Source: a virus (taxonomy: Duplodnaviria > Caudoviricetes). From it: 64,000 bases of DNA. The translations under genes were made by a program, and so were the position numbers. Positions 38,778 through 47,741 of the stretch are shown in pieces; within the stretch, counting starts at the first letter, position 1, and the number at the start of each line of letters is the position of its first letter. Below the pieces are notes generated by a model. The model saw only the letters and a list, made by a program, of their open reading frames with translations. It was not told where the DNA came from and made no database searches. The stretch spans positions 61,861 to 125,860 of the IMG/VR virus record IMGVR_UViG_3300017909_001085. One strand, written 5' to 3'.

Positions 38778-39692
38778 TTAGTCTTCAGATGCTAACTTAC
38801 TAAAGTATGACATTGCTTCATCATCTTCATCATCATCAACATTTGAAGTTGTTGCAACTTGTGGTGTAGATTTCTCTTCTGCCACCCAAGGTGCTTTCTC
38901 TTCTTCTGCTCCAGCAGTAGAAGAAACTGTAGAAGTTGCAGTAGTCAAGTTTAACACTAAGTCTAGTTTTGCTTTCAACTCATCATATGACTTGAAGTTA
39001 GACGGTGCAACAAACTCTTGCAACTTATATTGAGTATTCCAAAGACTTTCAATCTTTGCGTCATCACCTTCGAACAATGCTGAAGGACTATCAAACTCTG
39101 ATTTATCGTAGTTAGTAAAACCTTCTACTTTTCTAATCTTCAGTTTGAAGTTAGTACCTTTCCATGGGTCGAAAGGATTCACAGGTGTCTCATCTTCAAA
39201 CTGAGGTTTCATCTGGTCTTGAATTTTATCAAAGATTTTCTTACCAAACTTAAACAGTTTGACTTGACCCTCATTCTCAGGATGCTTCGGGTCTGAAACA
39301 ACAAGAACATTAGCGATATAAGTTAATCTACGCTTCTGCTTTCGTGCGATATCTTTGTTCGCTTCAGTACCAGAGTTCCACAGAATAGAGTTATACTCTG
39401 CAACAGGGTCTTTCTGATTGAGAGTAGTCAGAGAGTTCTCAATATACCACTTACCAGTAGGACCTTGAAACCCGTGATTGAAAACACGAACCCAAGGAAG
39501 TTCTTCACCTTCACTCTCAGGAAGAAAACGAATAACTGCATACCCGTTACCAGACTTATCAAGTTCTGGACGCCAGAAGCGGTCATCGTTATTGCTGTTG
39601 CTAGACTGTTGTGGTTGATTTACTTTATCTACTTCTGATAGTAGACGGGATAGATTGTCGTTAGACTTTTTTAATTGTGCGAATGTACTCAT
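38778..39692 (-). CDS. gp32: Single-stranded DNA-binding protein
   Basis: DDRFW.P..DKSGNGYAVIRFLP, WYIENSLTT, NYDKSEF and acidic tail. Confidence 0.96.
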   Translation of the reverse strand: MSTFAQLKKSNDNLSRLLSEVDKVNQPQQSSNSNNDDRFWRPELDKSGNGYAVIRFLPESEGEELPWVRVFNHGFQGPTGKWYIENSLTTLNQKDPVAEYNSILWNSGTEANKDIARKQKRRLTYIANVLVVSDPKHPENEGQVKLFKFGKKIFDKIQDQMKPQFEDETPVNPFDPWKGTNFKLKIRKVEGFTNYDKSEFDSPSALFEGDDAKIESLWNTQYKLQEFVAPSNFKSYDELKAKLDLVLNLTTATSTVSSTAGAEEEKAPWVAEEKSTPQVATTSNVDDDEDDEAMSYFSKLASED

Positions 39693-39766
39693 TTGTATTA
39701 CCTCGTATGTACGTTATATTGCGTTGTATGTTTCTTATCCACTATTCACATAATGTATAAGACTAT

Positions 39767-40387
39767 TTATACGACTTCTTCGTATTTCTGTATGCGATTA
39801 TACATTATCGCCTTGTATTTGTCAACATCAAAATCAAGAAAAGGTCGGTATTTAATTAACTTTCGCCGTTCTTCTTTCCAAAAGAAATCATCAGCGAGTG
39901 TCTTATCCCAATAAGATAAGAAGTTGTTAATCGCATCAAATATCAACATAGTCTCAATTCTAACATCTTGTCTGCAGTACATCTGTAGTAGTAGAGGGTG
40001 TTGACCATCTTTAACTACAAAGCACTTATCAAACTTATTCAATTCTTCTTCTTCAAGTTCTGTGCATATCTCATCTAAGTCATCTGTGAAGTTCTTGGTC
40101 ATACTTTGCATACGACCTTTCCAAGTATTGTAAACTTGTAGTGCTTCTTCATAAATGAAAGCACCACCCCACCGATTACCATCTACATGATTAGCAATCA
40201 GAAACTTTGGTAGTTCATCTTCACTAAACTCATCAGCAAGTCTTTTGAAGTTGAACTGGTCAGACCTTTTATAAAAAGTTTCGTCTTTTGTCTTGACTGC
40301 ACCTCTGGTCTTTGTTATATCATATCTGTCTGTAGTAAAGTGTAACTTAAAAGCAAGGTACACGTTGAAAGCATCAAATTCATTCAT
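39767..40387 (-). CDS. gp59: Helicase loader
   Basis: YLA.KLHFT...YD, HP.LL, IET...D and KY.PFL motifs. Confidence 0.88.
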   Translation of the reverse strand: MNEFDAFNVYLAFKLHFTTDRYDITKTRGAVKTKDETFYKRSDQFNFKRLADEFSEDELPKFLIANHVDGNRWGGAFIYEEALQVYNTWKGRMQSMTKNFTDDLDEICTELEEEELNKFDKCFVVKDGQHPLLLQMYCRQDVRIETMLIFDAINNFLSYWDKTLADDFFWKEERRKLIKYRPFLDFDVDKYKAIMYNRIQKYEEVV

Positions 40388-40971
40388 CTGTAAGGTTTGC
40401 CGCATATCCATCCCACTAAACTATATCTCTTACCTTTTGTGACTGGTCGAACTCTATGATAAGTAAATGATGGAAACACAATTGCTTCTCCAGTCTTCAC
40501 TTGACATAATTCAGTTCTATTCTCTTCATGTGGTAGTCCTAATTCAAATTCAAACTCACCACCTTCATACTCATGATTAAGTAGTACCGAGAAACTAATC
40601 TTTCTAATCTTACCTTGTAGATACTTGTCAGCATCAGCATACGGCACACTTCTCTGGTCGGCGTGCCAATTATAATGTTGTTCAGGACCATATGTTGTAA
40701 ACTGTAAGTCTTCGATTGCATCATAATCAAAGTTCCATTTGTTATTAATATTCTCAAGATGTATCATTTCAAGTAAAGGTTTGTAAATGAATTCAGTATC
40801 AGGATTTCTTTTGAACCAAGATATAGAACTATTTCTATGTCCTTGTATCGCCGCTTCTGTACTATCAATTTTAGCGTCTTCTAAATTTATTTCACCCATT
40901 GAAATAATCTTATCAACTTCAGGTAAAGTAAAAATAGGTTTTGTGGTTGAGTAGCAATATTGTAAAATCAT
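40384..40971 (-). CDS. 2OG-Fe(II) oxygenase (prolyl-hydroxylase-like)
   Basis: WHAD...RKIS...YEGGE...FPSF..HRV.PV..G.RYSLV.W. Confidence 0.88.
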   Translation of the reverse strand: MILQYCYSTTKPIFTLPEVDKIISMGEINLEDAKIDSTEAAIQGHRNSSISWFKRNPDTEFIYKPLLEMIHLENINNKWNFDYDAIEDLQFTTYGPEQHYNWHADQRSVPYADADKYLQGKIRKISFSVLLNHEYEGGEFEFELGLPHEENRTELCQVKTGEAIVFPSFTYHRVRPVTKGKRYSLVGWICGKPYR

Positions 40972-41204
40972 ACTGGTAACTCCGCTGTTGTCTTTGGAAG
41001 ATAATGTAAGTCTTGTGCATTGACAGTAACTTTGTCTTTCAATGTCTTACTAATAAACTTACGAACATCTTCGGGTTCAAGTTCATGCTCATCACAGTAG
41101 AGCAAGATTGCATCCATGTGAGTAACACATTTAAGTTGTACAATGTCTTCAATGATTTTACTAAATCTTTTCGGTGTCATAGGTTCAGGATTCATCAATC
41201 CCAC
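40968..41204 (-). CDS. gp33: Late transcription co-activator
   Basis: FS..IE, DAI..YC, LK.K....A..L.YLP motifs. Confidence 0.85.
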   Translation of the reverse strand: MGLMNPEPMTPKRFSKIIEDIVQLKCVTHMDAILLYCDEHELEPEDVRKFISKTLKDKVTVNAQDLHYLPKTTAELPV

Positions 41205-41695
41205 CTGTAGAAAATATGGTCATCTATTTGTCCTATTCTAGTTTTCTCTTTGTTCCAATCTGGATTTACATAGTCAGCATGATAGTGTGTAGCACCTTCA
41301 ACCATACCAGCATATCTGTTAGTTAAAATTCTATTGACAAGTCTCAAAATTCTTTGATATGCTTCTGTGTCATGTATGATTTCTGGTTTGCCGTCACAGA
41401 ACCAAGAGAACTGACATTTGTGTTTTCTAGGTACATCTTTACCTTTTTGTTCTTTCCACCATGTAGAATATTGTGCTTGATATACGACTTCACAAATCGT
41501 ATCAGGAAATCTACTATCACGAACACGATTAATAACTACAAGTCCTACTGCTATTTGACCAGCGGTAGATTGTGACTTTGCTTCGTGATATATGTTGTTA
41601 GCAAGACATACTTTTGAATTAGTGCTTGGAAGTTTTACATCATCTGCTAATGCGCTAGATGCAAGTAATAAAAATGGTACAATATATTTAATCAT
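41195..41695 (-). CDS. SleB-like cell wall hydrolase (Hydrolase_2)
   Basis: CLA.NIYHEA, NRV....FP.TIC.VV, CQFSW and GATHYHA motifs; start re-called at ATG 41695 (signal peptide). Confidence 0.88.
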   Translation of the reverse strand: MIKYIVPFLLLASSALADDVKLPSTNSKVCLANNIYHEAKSQSTAGQIAVGLVVINRVRDSRFPDTICEVVYQAQYSTWWKEQKGKDVPRKHKCQFSWFCDGKPEIIHDTEAYQRILRLVNRILTNRYAGMVEGATHYHADYVNPDWNKEKTRIGQIDDHIFYRWD

Positions 41696-41701
41696 AATCA
41701 C

Positions 41702-41730
41702 ATTATAATAGATTACATTTGATTTGTCAA
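41702..41730 (-). promoter_or_regulatory. Consensus sigma70 promoter for the SleB-like gene (leaderless geometry)
   Basis: TTGACA-17-TATAAT, then 6 nt to ATG. Confidence 0.8.
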
Positions 41731-41739
41731 TTAATAAAA

Positions 41740-42098
41740 TGGTAAAAGTGTCACTTTTCTGTTGCAAGGTAAGTGACCAACCCCTCAGATTATGCCGCTA
41801 AGGCGTACTCTGAATGTGCAAAGTTATCGTTTGCATTTGTAGTGTTTGACCAATTACGCAGTCACCCGACAGTTCTACTCTTTCCTATCTACGTCAGTCG
41901 ATCCTATTTCGCCCCCATCATAATAAGTCTTGCATGTGCTATTGAGTAGTTATTTATGCAAATGTACTCTACACATCTTTTTCTGAATAATCTTATTATT
42001 TCGTAGTCATCCATTATTATCTCAAAACTTATTATGGTGGAGGCGGAGGGTATCGCACCCTCGTCCTGCCCGTCATTCAGATTGTATCAACAAACTGT
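41740..42098 (-). ncRNA. ssrA: Circularly permuted (two-piece, alphaproteobacterial-type) tmRNA gene
   Basis: The acceptor piece ending GAGGGTGCGATACCCTCCGCCTCCACCA (42035) precedes the coding piece starting GGGGGCGAAATAGGATCGAC (41916). G3:U pair present. Tag ANDNFAHSEYALAA* at 41834-41790. Outer ends are approximate. Confidence 0.93.
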
Positions 42099-42103
42099 AA
42101 TTT

Positions 42104-42134
42104 TATTTATACTACACTCAAGCAACTTTGTCAA
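42104..42134 (-). promoter_or_regulatory. Overlapping sigma70 and late promoter for the tmRNA
   Basis: TTGACA-17-TATAAA, where the -10 element is part of TATAAATA (42104-42111). Confidence 0.75.
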
Positions 42135-43182
42135 GTACATATGGGTCAATATCTAAATATTTGCCCCATTCAGTATAATAGTGTCTCATACCCACTTCAT
42201 CATGTATCGTACTGTTCTCATGTCGACCATGTAGAATATTTCTATTCTCTGTACCTTCACGCATCGTTACACCTTGACCAGCAACACCAATCAAGTCTTC
42301 ATGTAAGTTGCGACCAAAAGGACCCCAAATAGTATTGTGTGCTTTGATACGACTTGCTCTTTCTTCTTCAGTATCTTTTCTTAGACCATAACCTCTGAAC
42401 TCAATGAGAACTTTGTTAGGACCAAGAGGTGTTACTGTGTCTGAACGATACGCACTTCCTCTAAGATTAAAGTTAAACCCTGGAAAGAGGTCAACCATAT
42501 ACCACTGATTAGGCGGCAGGTTAGGAAAAGATAGTTCGCCTCTATCTTCAAATCCATCATACTCTTCATAGTTGACAGTAAAACTACTCACATTGACATG
42601 ACCGTTTGCAAAAGGAATATTTTTTCTTGCAAAGTACTCATCATTAAATCCAGACACTCTATTAAAGTAATGCATAAAGTCGTGATAGAATTCACTGTTG
42701 GTGTCGTGCCATAGTTTGTAGTTCGTATCAATCACTGCTTTATGATAGTGAAAGACTTCTAGTTCTTCTGTATCGATTGCGTCTGCGATACAATCAAATG
42801 CACCTGCAGTCCATTCTTCTACTGACTGTGTAGGATTAGGGTCAAGCGTTACCCACACCATACCCCCATGCTTGACTTCACAGTGTATCTCATTACCTTC
42901 ATAAGGACAAGACAAGCAACCAGAGACTTGCTGAATAGGATGGTCTCTAAATGCTCTTACACCATTATAGTCATTCACTGCAATTACATTCACACCTGCT
43001 ATTTGCGTAGTGCGAAACTCGCCAGTATCATACATCTCAGAGATGTGACACATTGGTACCCAGACTTTACTGAATATTAGTTCTTGTTCTTGTTTGTATA
43101 CTTCGTAGTTATTATATGCTCTACTACTGATTGCTTCTATTCGTGGTGCTGATGACCACTGCTTATGATTACGAGGTGGCAT
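42118..43182 (-). CDS. msmA: Methanesulfonate monooxygenase large subunit-like ring-hydroxylating oxygenase lacking the Rieske motif
   Basis: EVFHYHKAVIDTNYKLWHDTNSEFYHDFMHYFNR, HNTIWGPFGRNLHEDL and TIHDEVGMRHYY motifs; no CxH...CxxH. Confidence 0.75.
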   Translation of the reverse strand: MPPRNHKQWSSAPRIEAISSRAYNNYEVYKQEQELIFSKVWVPMCHISEMYDTGEFRTTQIAGVNVIAVNDYNGVRAFRDHPIQQVSGCLSCPYEGNEIHCEVKHGGMVWVTLDPNPTQSVEEWTAGAFDCIADAIDTEELEVFHYHKAVIDTNYKLWHDTNSEFYHDFMHYFNRVSGFNDEYFARKNIPFANGHVNVSSFTVNYEEYDGFEDRGELSFPNLPPNQWYMVDLFPGFNFNLRGSAYRSDTVTPLGPNKVLIEFRGYGLRKDTEEERASRIKAHNTIWGPFGRNLHEDLIGVAGQGVTMREGTENRNILHGRHENSTIHDEVGMRHYYTEWGKYLDIDPYVLDKVA

Positions 43183-43215
43183 ACTAGTCTCCTTTCTGCC
43201 GTATCAAATATTTAT

Positions 43216-43638
43216 CTAAAATAGAGTTTGCAGAAACCCTCCTTGTGGTCTCACTTGTTCAAATATTAGACTATTAACTTCTAATCCAGTACCGATAGAA
43301 ATAAAACAAGTTAGACCGTTTTGAGGAACAAATTCTAAAATTGTAACCGTACCTTTGTTCGGATTCCCGATTACTTCAACTGCAGTTTGTCTATCACTTA
43401 CCCATCTCATAAACCCAACTTCTTTATGTGAGTCCTGAAAATTCTGTTTAACTACATCGTATGGGTCTGTCGTACATGTTATTGGTTTACCCATCTCAAC
43501 AATTCTAGGAGTTTCTGCTGGTGCTTCTTTTTCTACTTTAGGTTCTTCTTTAGGTAAGTCTTTTGGTTCTGCACTAGCAAAACCTGCCAGAAAAGATACT
43601 GACCAAAGTAACATTATTGCGTATACGATATTTTTCAT
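43216..43638 (-). CDS. Hypothetical exported protein
   Basis: Signal peptide; KPI.C...N..GT.TILE...TC. Confidence 0.6.
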   Translation of the reverse strand: MKNIVYAIMLLWSVSFLAGFASAEPKDLPKEEPKVEKEAPAETPRIVEMGKPITCTTDPYDVVKQNFQDSHKEVGFMRWVSDRQTAVEVIGNPNKGTVTILEFVPQNGLTCFISIGTGLEVNSLIFEQVRPQGGFLQTLF

Positions 43639-43653
43639 TTTCTCGTCCTTTGC

Positions 43654-44202
43654 TCACTTTATGAGCATGTTGAAAGGCATCGTAATTCTATACTCATTCT
43701 CATAATGAGCAGGCATATCATGCTCTAACCATCCAGGAAAGAAAACTACTTTACCTATTTCTGCTTCCTCGGTATAAGGTTGCCAATTAAAAACTTGAGG
43801 TCTAGGGTCATAAAAATTTGTTTGACCAATATTATCAAAGTAAACAATAGCACATAACATGTTGTCTCCACCATGATTATGTTTTGAGTGTACATTACCT
43901 TTTGGCACATAGTTAAAAAAACTATTTTCTATCTCTACACGCCGTTCTGTTATGATTGTTGCAACTCTTACAACATTATCACTAAGCAATTTGCATGAAG
44001 GTCCAATACTATCAACAGTTTCTAAACTAGTATTATATGTAGTAAAATACTGTCTGATTCCACTGCGGTTGCGACAATTTTTAGCAAACTCTACTAACTC
44101 TTCTTTGCAACTATCTGCAAGTGATGTTGGTAAGAAATATTTATATAAGTTTGTAGAAAAGGTTTGAATGTTGTCAATATCCATGAGCATCTCGCCATGC
44201 AT
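43654..44202 (-). CDS. Putative 2OG-Fe(II) oxygenase (TIGR02466-like)
   Basis: HNH, F.DPRP, FFPGWLEH and RIT..FN motifs. Confidence 0.8.
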   Translation of the reverse strand: MHGEMLMDIDNIQTFSTNLYKYFLPTSLADSCKEELVEFAKNCRNRSGIRQYFTTYNTSLETVDSIGPSCKLLSDNVVRVATIITERRVEIENSFFNYVPKGNVHSKHNHGGDNMLCAIVYFDNIGQTNFYDPRPQVFNWQPYTEEAEIGKVVFFPGWLEHDMPAHYENEYRITMPFNMLIK

Positions 44203-44845
44203 CTCTAACGCTTCTATATTCTTCTATATAATCATCTCTCTTAACTTTGAATAGTTGTGCTTCATCACCTTCAACTGCAATCAAGATACAAATCTGGTCA
44301 ATAGGTTTTGCAGTTCTTTCTTCAAACATAACTGCGTATGCCGCACCTTGCATAAAGTAGTTACTAATATACTCTTCTTTTTTAGGTTTACTTGATGTCT
44401 TGAAATCAATAATAGACAAACGATTATCAAACTCAGCAACGCAATCTACACGACCTGCAGTTTGCAGAAACTTTGAGTACATAGTTTTTTCTTGAAAGTG
44501 TATATTGTCTATGCGATGTAAGAAAGGTTTGATACTTTGAAACATAGACTTCTCACCTGGACCTTCAATCTTAGGTTCTTTATTGTTGAGATAGTCTTCA
44601 CATTGATAATGAAATCTAGTGCCTCTTGCTGATGCTTGGCGAGATATTTTGTTCGCCGCTTCATCACCTACACGTTGACGCCACTCCATAATACCTTTAC
44701 GAGTATGCCAACCTAAGACTGTAGTTACTGATGGATACTTTTCACCATCTGGTGTAACGTACAGTCTTAGATTATCTTTTTGCTCAGTTTTTAATTCTGG
44801 CAGTCTAGTACTATAATCAAGTTCTTCAGTATGTGTATATTTCAC
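44174..44845 (-). CDS. PD-(D/E)XK exonuclease (Cas4-like, T4-like ExoA)
   Basis: YPSVTTVL, RGT.FH, AGRVDC..IIDFKTS and YFMQ..AYA motifs. Confidence 0.88.
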   Translation of the reverse strand: MKYTHTEELDYSTRLPELKTEQKDNLRLYVTPDGEKYPSVTTVLGWHTRKGIMEWRQRVGDEAANKISRQASARGTRFHYQCEDYLNNKEPKIEGPGEKSMFQSIKPFLHRIDNIHFQEKTMYSKFLQTAGRVDCVAEFDNRLSIIDFKTSSKPKKEEYISNYFMQGAAYAVMFEERTAKPIDQICILIAVEGDEAQLFKVKRDDYIEEYRSVRDAWRDAHGY

Positions 44846-44889
44846 TTTTTCATCCTCTAGTGTGAATATAACACACTATAATGTAAATG

Positions 44890-45468
44890 TCAAGTCTCTA
44901 TAGAATTTCTATCTGCTTCTCTAGAATTTTCGTCATCATCACTCTCGGCGAGTTCTATTGCGTATTCAGTTGTATCGTTATTACGATTTGTCCAACCTCT
45001 ACCAAAAGTTTCAAATGTACTCAGACTTTCATAGTAGTCTTGACGATTTGATTGATACTTCTTGATAGTTTCTACTAGACCATTTTCTTTCACATATGAT
45101 TTCAGTGCTTTCAGAGTATTGGGTCCTATCCCACCGTCTGCAGTAGTACCAATCATCTTCTGCAAATATTTTGCGGCACGACCTGTACCTGCATTTACTC
45201 CAAAGTCAAAAACACACAAGTCTAGACCATCAGGAAGTTTATCTCCCTTAATTCTATCCCAATAGTTTTTCTTATAGATTGGTCTTACATCATCTTCTGT
45301 TAAGTCTTTCATATCTTGTTCAGATACTTCGTGACCAACCCACTCTTCATAAACTCTCTTGGTGACACCCATATTCGTGATACCACCAGGGTCTTTTGGA
45401 TGATTTACATAACCACCCTCATGAATGAGAACTTTAGAAATGCAGTTTCCCCAATTCTCTTTTGCCAT
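44890..45468 (-). CDS. Endolysin, glycoside hydrolase family 108 with peptidoglycan-binding domain
   Basis: HEGGYVNHPKDPGG.TNMGVT, FDFGVNAG, DG.IGP.TL and FGRGW.NR motifs. Confidence 0.9.
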   Translation of the reverse strand: MAKENWGNCISKVLIHEGGYVNHPKDPGGITNMGVTKRVYEEWVGHEVSEQDMKDLTEDDVRPIYKKNYWDRIKGDKLPDGLDLCVFDFGVNAGTGRAAKYLQKMIGTTADGGIGPNTLKALKSYVKENGLVETIKKYQSNRQDYYESLSTFETFGRGWTNRNNDTTEYAIELAESDDDENSREADRNSIET

Positions 45469-45470
45469 CT

Positions 45471-45653
45471 TTATTCTCCTTTGAATATTGTCCAAGCACC
45501 GTATGCAATCGCACCATATGCTACGATATCAGCGATTGGTGCAAAAATTAAAAATGCTACGCCAGCACCAATAAGCACTGCTCCATCCCAACTAGTTCTT
45601 TCGCCAATTCTTGCGTTAATCCATTTTCTCATTTTACTTCTCCTTTCAGGCAA
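45471..45653 (-). CDS. Small membrane protein (holin-like) upstream of the endolysin
   Basis: ERTSWDG followed by two TM segments. Confidence 0.55.
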   Translation of the reverse strand: MPERRSKMRKWINARIGERTSWDGAVLIGAGVAFLIFAPIADIVAYGAIAYGAWTIFKGE

Positions 45654-46392
45654 CTTGTCGCATCTTCTTATCTACGCTTTCAAATATACCTTCATATTGT
45701 TTTTGGTTCTTGCTTATTATATATTCTTTCACAAGACCGCTTCTTACGATATCTTCTTCAGTAAAGTCTATTGTTTCAAAAGATTTCATATTTTTGATTA
45801 TATCCATAAACTGAATAAGACCTCGTTGTTCTGCGTTATTCTTCAAGTCAGTTTGCATGAAGTCCCCACAGAAAAAGATACGACTATTATCTCCCACTCT
45901 TGTAATGATTGTGTCTAACTCATGAAAGTTTAGATTTTGACATTCATCTACAATAATGAAAGCATCTCGTAATGTTACACCTCTTATGTATGAGGTTGGT
46001 ACAAATTCTACAATGTCTTGGTACTTAGCGAGTTCGTATGGATTCTCTACATCTGGAAACATTTCATCAAACAGAGAGTAGTATGGTTCAGTATATACAC
46101 TTGTTTTCTCTTCTTGTGAACCAGGTAAGAAACCTATGTCTCTTGTTGGTAACATTGACCTAACAATATAAACTTTCTGTTGGTCAACTTGTCTAGATAA
46201 AACTGCTCTCATTGCAAGATAAAGCATAATAAATGTTTTACCTGTTCCTGCACATCCATGCATCATCAAATGTTTATCTTCGTTAAACGCCTCAAATGTT
46301 CTGATTTGATTATCTGTAATCGGATTTATTTTCTTTAGTGATGATTTAGTTAAGCATTTTGCTCTTACCGCTAAGGACTTTTGTTTTGACAT
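45646..46392 (-). CDS. phoH: PhoH-like ATPase
   Basis: GCAGTGKT, RG.TL...IIVDE.QN, TRVG..GD..Q.D and DIVRSG motifs. Confidence 0.93.
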   Translation of the reverse strand: MSKQKSLAVRAKCLTKSSLKKINPITDNQIRTFEAFNEDKHLMMHGCAGTGKTFIMLYLAMRAVLSRQVDQQKVYIVRSMLPTRDIGFLPGSQEEKTSVYTEPYYSLFDEMFPDVENPYELAKYQDIVEFVPTSYIRGVTLRDAFIIVDECQNLNFHELDTIITRVGDNSRIFFCGDFMQTDLKNNAEQRGLIQFMDIIKNMKSFETIDFTEEDIVRSGLVKEYIISKNQKQYEGIFESVDKKMRQVA

Positions 46393-46443
46393 TAAAATCT
46401 CCTGTGCTATGTCTGCATGACTATAGTACCATCAATAACATCA

Positions 46444-47451
46444 TCAGTCTTTCTTATGTGGACATCCTCCTTTTTGTTTATATCCAAAGATATCTAAAAA
46501 CTTTCTATATGCTTTTGCACCGCTCCAATGAGCATTCATAAAGTAAAACATTTCACGGTCACGCTCTCGCTCTTCTTCTGTTGACCGTCTAACTTCCAAT
46601 GGTAACATCTCTCTTTTAATTGGTATATGACAAATCAAAGGGTCACCAAAATTCATAGAAAACTGAACACCTTTCTGTTTGACAAAGAAAAACATATTAC
46701 TCTCATGCCAGTAATCTGTATTTAAGATGCCGGGCATCACTTGAATGCAATCGTTAAAGTGATATGTTGGATCGGTATATAATACAGACCAACCAGGCGG
46801 TGTACATATTCTCCAAGGTGTCTCAAGTTTGAGCAAGCACTTACACCATTCTTCAGGTAGATGTTCTACCATAGTTGAATATTGAGTTGCTGGATGAGTT
46901 TTGAAATGTGCGGATACCCGAGGTCTTTTTTGAAATGCTGTCCAATCACCAATTTCTTCAGTTGTATATCCCATACCTTCTAAGTATTGATGAACAACCT
47001 CACTATCAGGATTTAACATTTCAAAGTTAGTGTGGTCACTATTGTTCTTATCTAAGTCTGCACCTAATGCTTCTGACCCATGACATGCAGTATGAGTAAG
47101 TATCTGATTACCATCTTGAGTTGTAGTGATTATAGCATTCGACCAGAAAGGTACCATGAAACCCGTAGTCATAATATCTTGCATACCCGGACATGTTTTA
47201 ATAGTTTGACCGCTTGTACCAAAATCAGGATGAATACCTATCGGTGCGTTTCTTTGCAACTCAGGAACAGCAGACACCTCTTCTATACATTGTTTAGGTA
47301 ATTTCTTATACCATTCAGGAATCCAACGAGACATAGGTTTAGGCGCCGCCCATCTCTCCATACCATCAACATGTGAATAGTATTGCATCTTTGGTGGTGT
47401 ATAACTTTTCTTTGCTAACCATTGAGCAAAGTCGTGAATGACTTCTCTCAC
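46444..47451 (-). CDS. Hypothetical protein (DUF6065-like)
   Basis: PEWYK, TIK.CPG..D, PW...TPPGWS and PG...TD motifs. Confidence 0.5.
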   Translation of the reverse strand: MREVIHDFAQWLAKKSYTPPKMQYYSHVDGMERWAAPKPMSRWIPEWYKKLPKQCIEEVSAVPELQRNAPIGIHPDFGTSGQTIKTCPGMQDIMTTGFMVPFWSNAIITTTQDGNQILTHTACHGSEALGADLDKNNSDHTNFEMLNPDSEVVHQYLEGMGYTTEEIGDWTAFQKRPRVSAHFKTHPATQYSTMVEHLPEEWCKCLLKLETPWRICTPPGWSVLYTDPTYHFNDCIQVMPGILNTDYWHESNMFFFVKQKGVQFSMNFGDPLICHIPIKREMLPLEVRRSTEEERERDREMFYFMNAHWSGAKAYRKFLDIFGYKQKGGCPHKKD

Positions 47452-47741
47452 TTTCTATTCCTATGTTTTTTTAGAATTTCTTTTGTCTTGACTTCATTGA
47501 TAGATTTCTTGCGGTAACTATCGAGGTTCGATCCAGGATTTTTCTCAGCGATTTTAGACATGACTTCTTTGAATCCATCAGACTGTTTATCTCTGATAGA
47601 CACACCGCCCACAATGGCAGGCGCTGATACCAGTTGGTCGAGGTGCGGATTCGTCTTCTTAAAATCATCTAACTCCGACATTGACATGAAGTGTTCTTCG
47701 ATGTCACCTGTTGCTTGATTAATAAAATTATATGTTGGCAT
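47448..47741 (-). CDS. FmdB-like small regulator
   Basis: MPTY.F, NPHL and GFKEV.SKI...PGS motifs. Confidence 0.65.
   Translation of the reverse strand: MPTYNFINQATGDIEEHFMSMSELDDFKKTNPHLDQLVSAPAIVGGVSIRDKQSDGFKEVMSKIAEKNPGSNLDSYRKKSINEVKTKEILKKHRNRK

Noticed and set aside
41696-41767. N-terminal extension of the SleB-like ORF
   Set aside because: Spans the promoter and the tmRNA 3' region; the signal peptide begins at 41695
44174-44845. CRISPR-Cas system suggested by the Cas4-like nuclease
   Set aside because: No repeat-spacer array or other cas genes seen; this exonuclease is routine in T4-like phages
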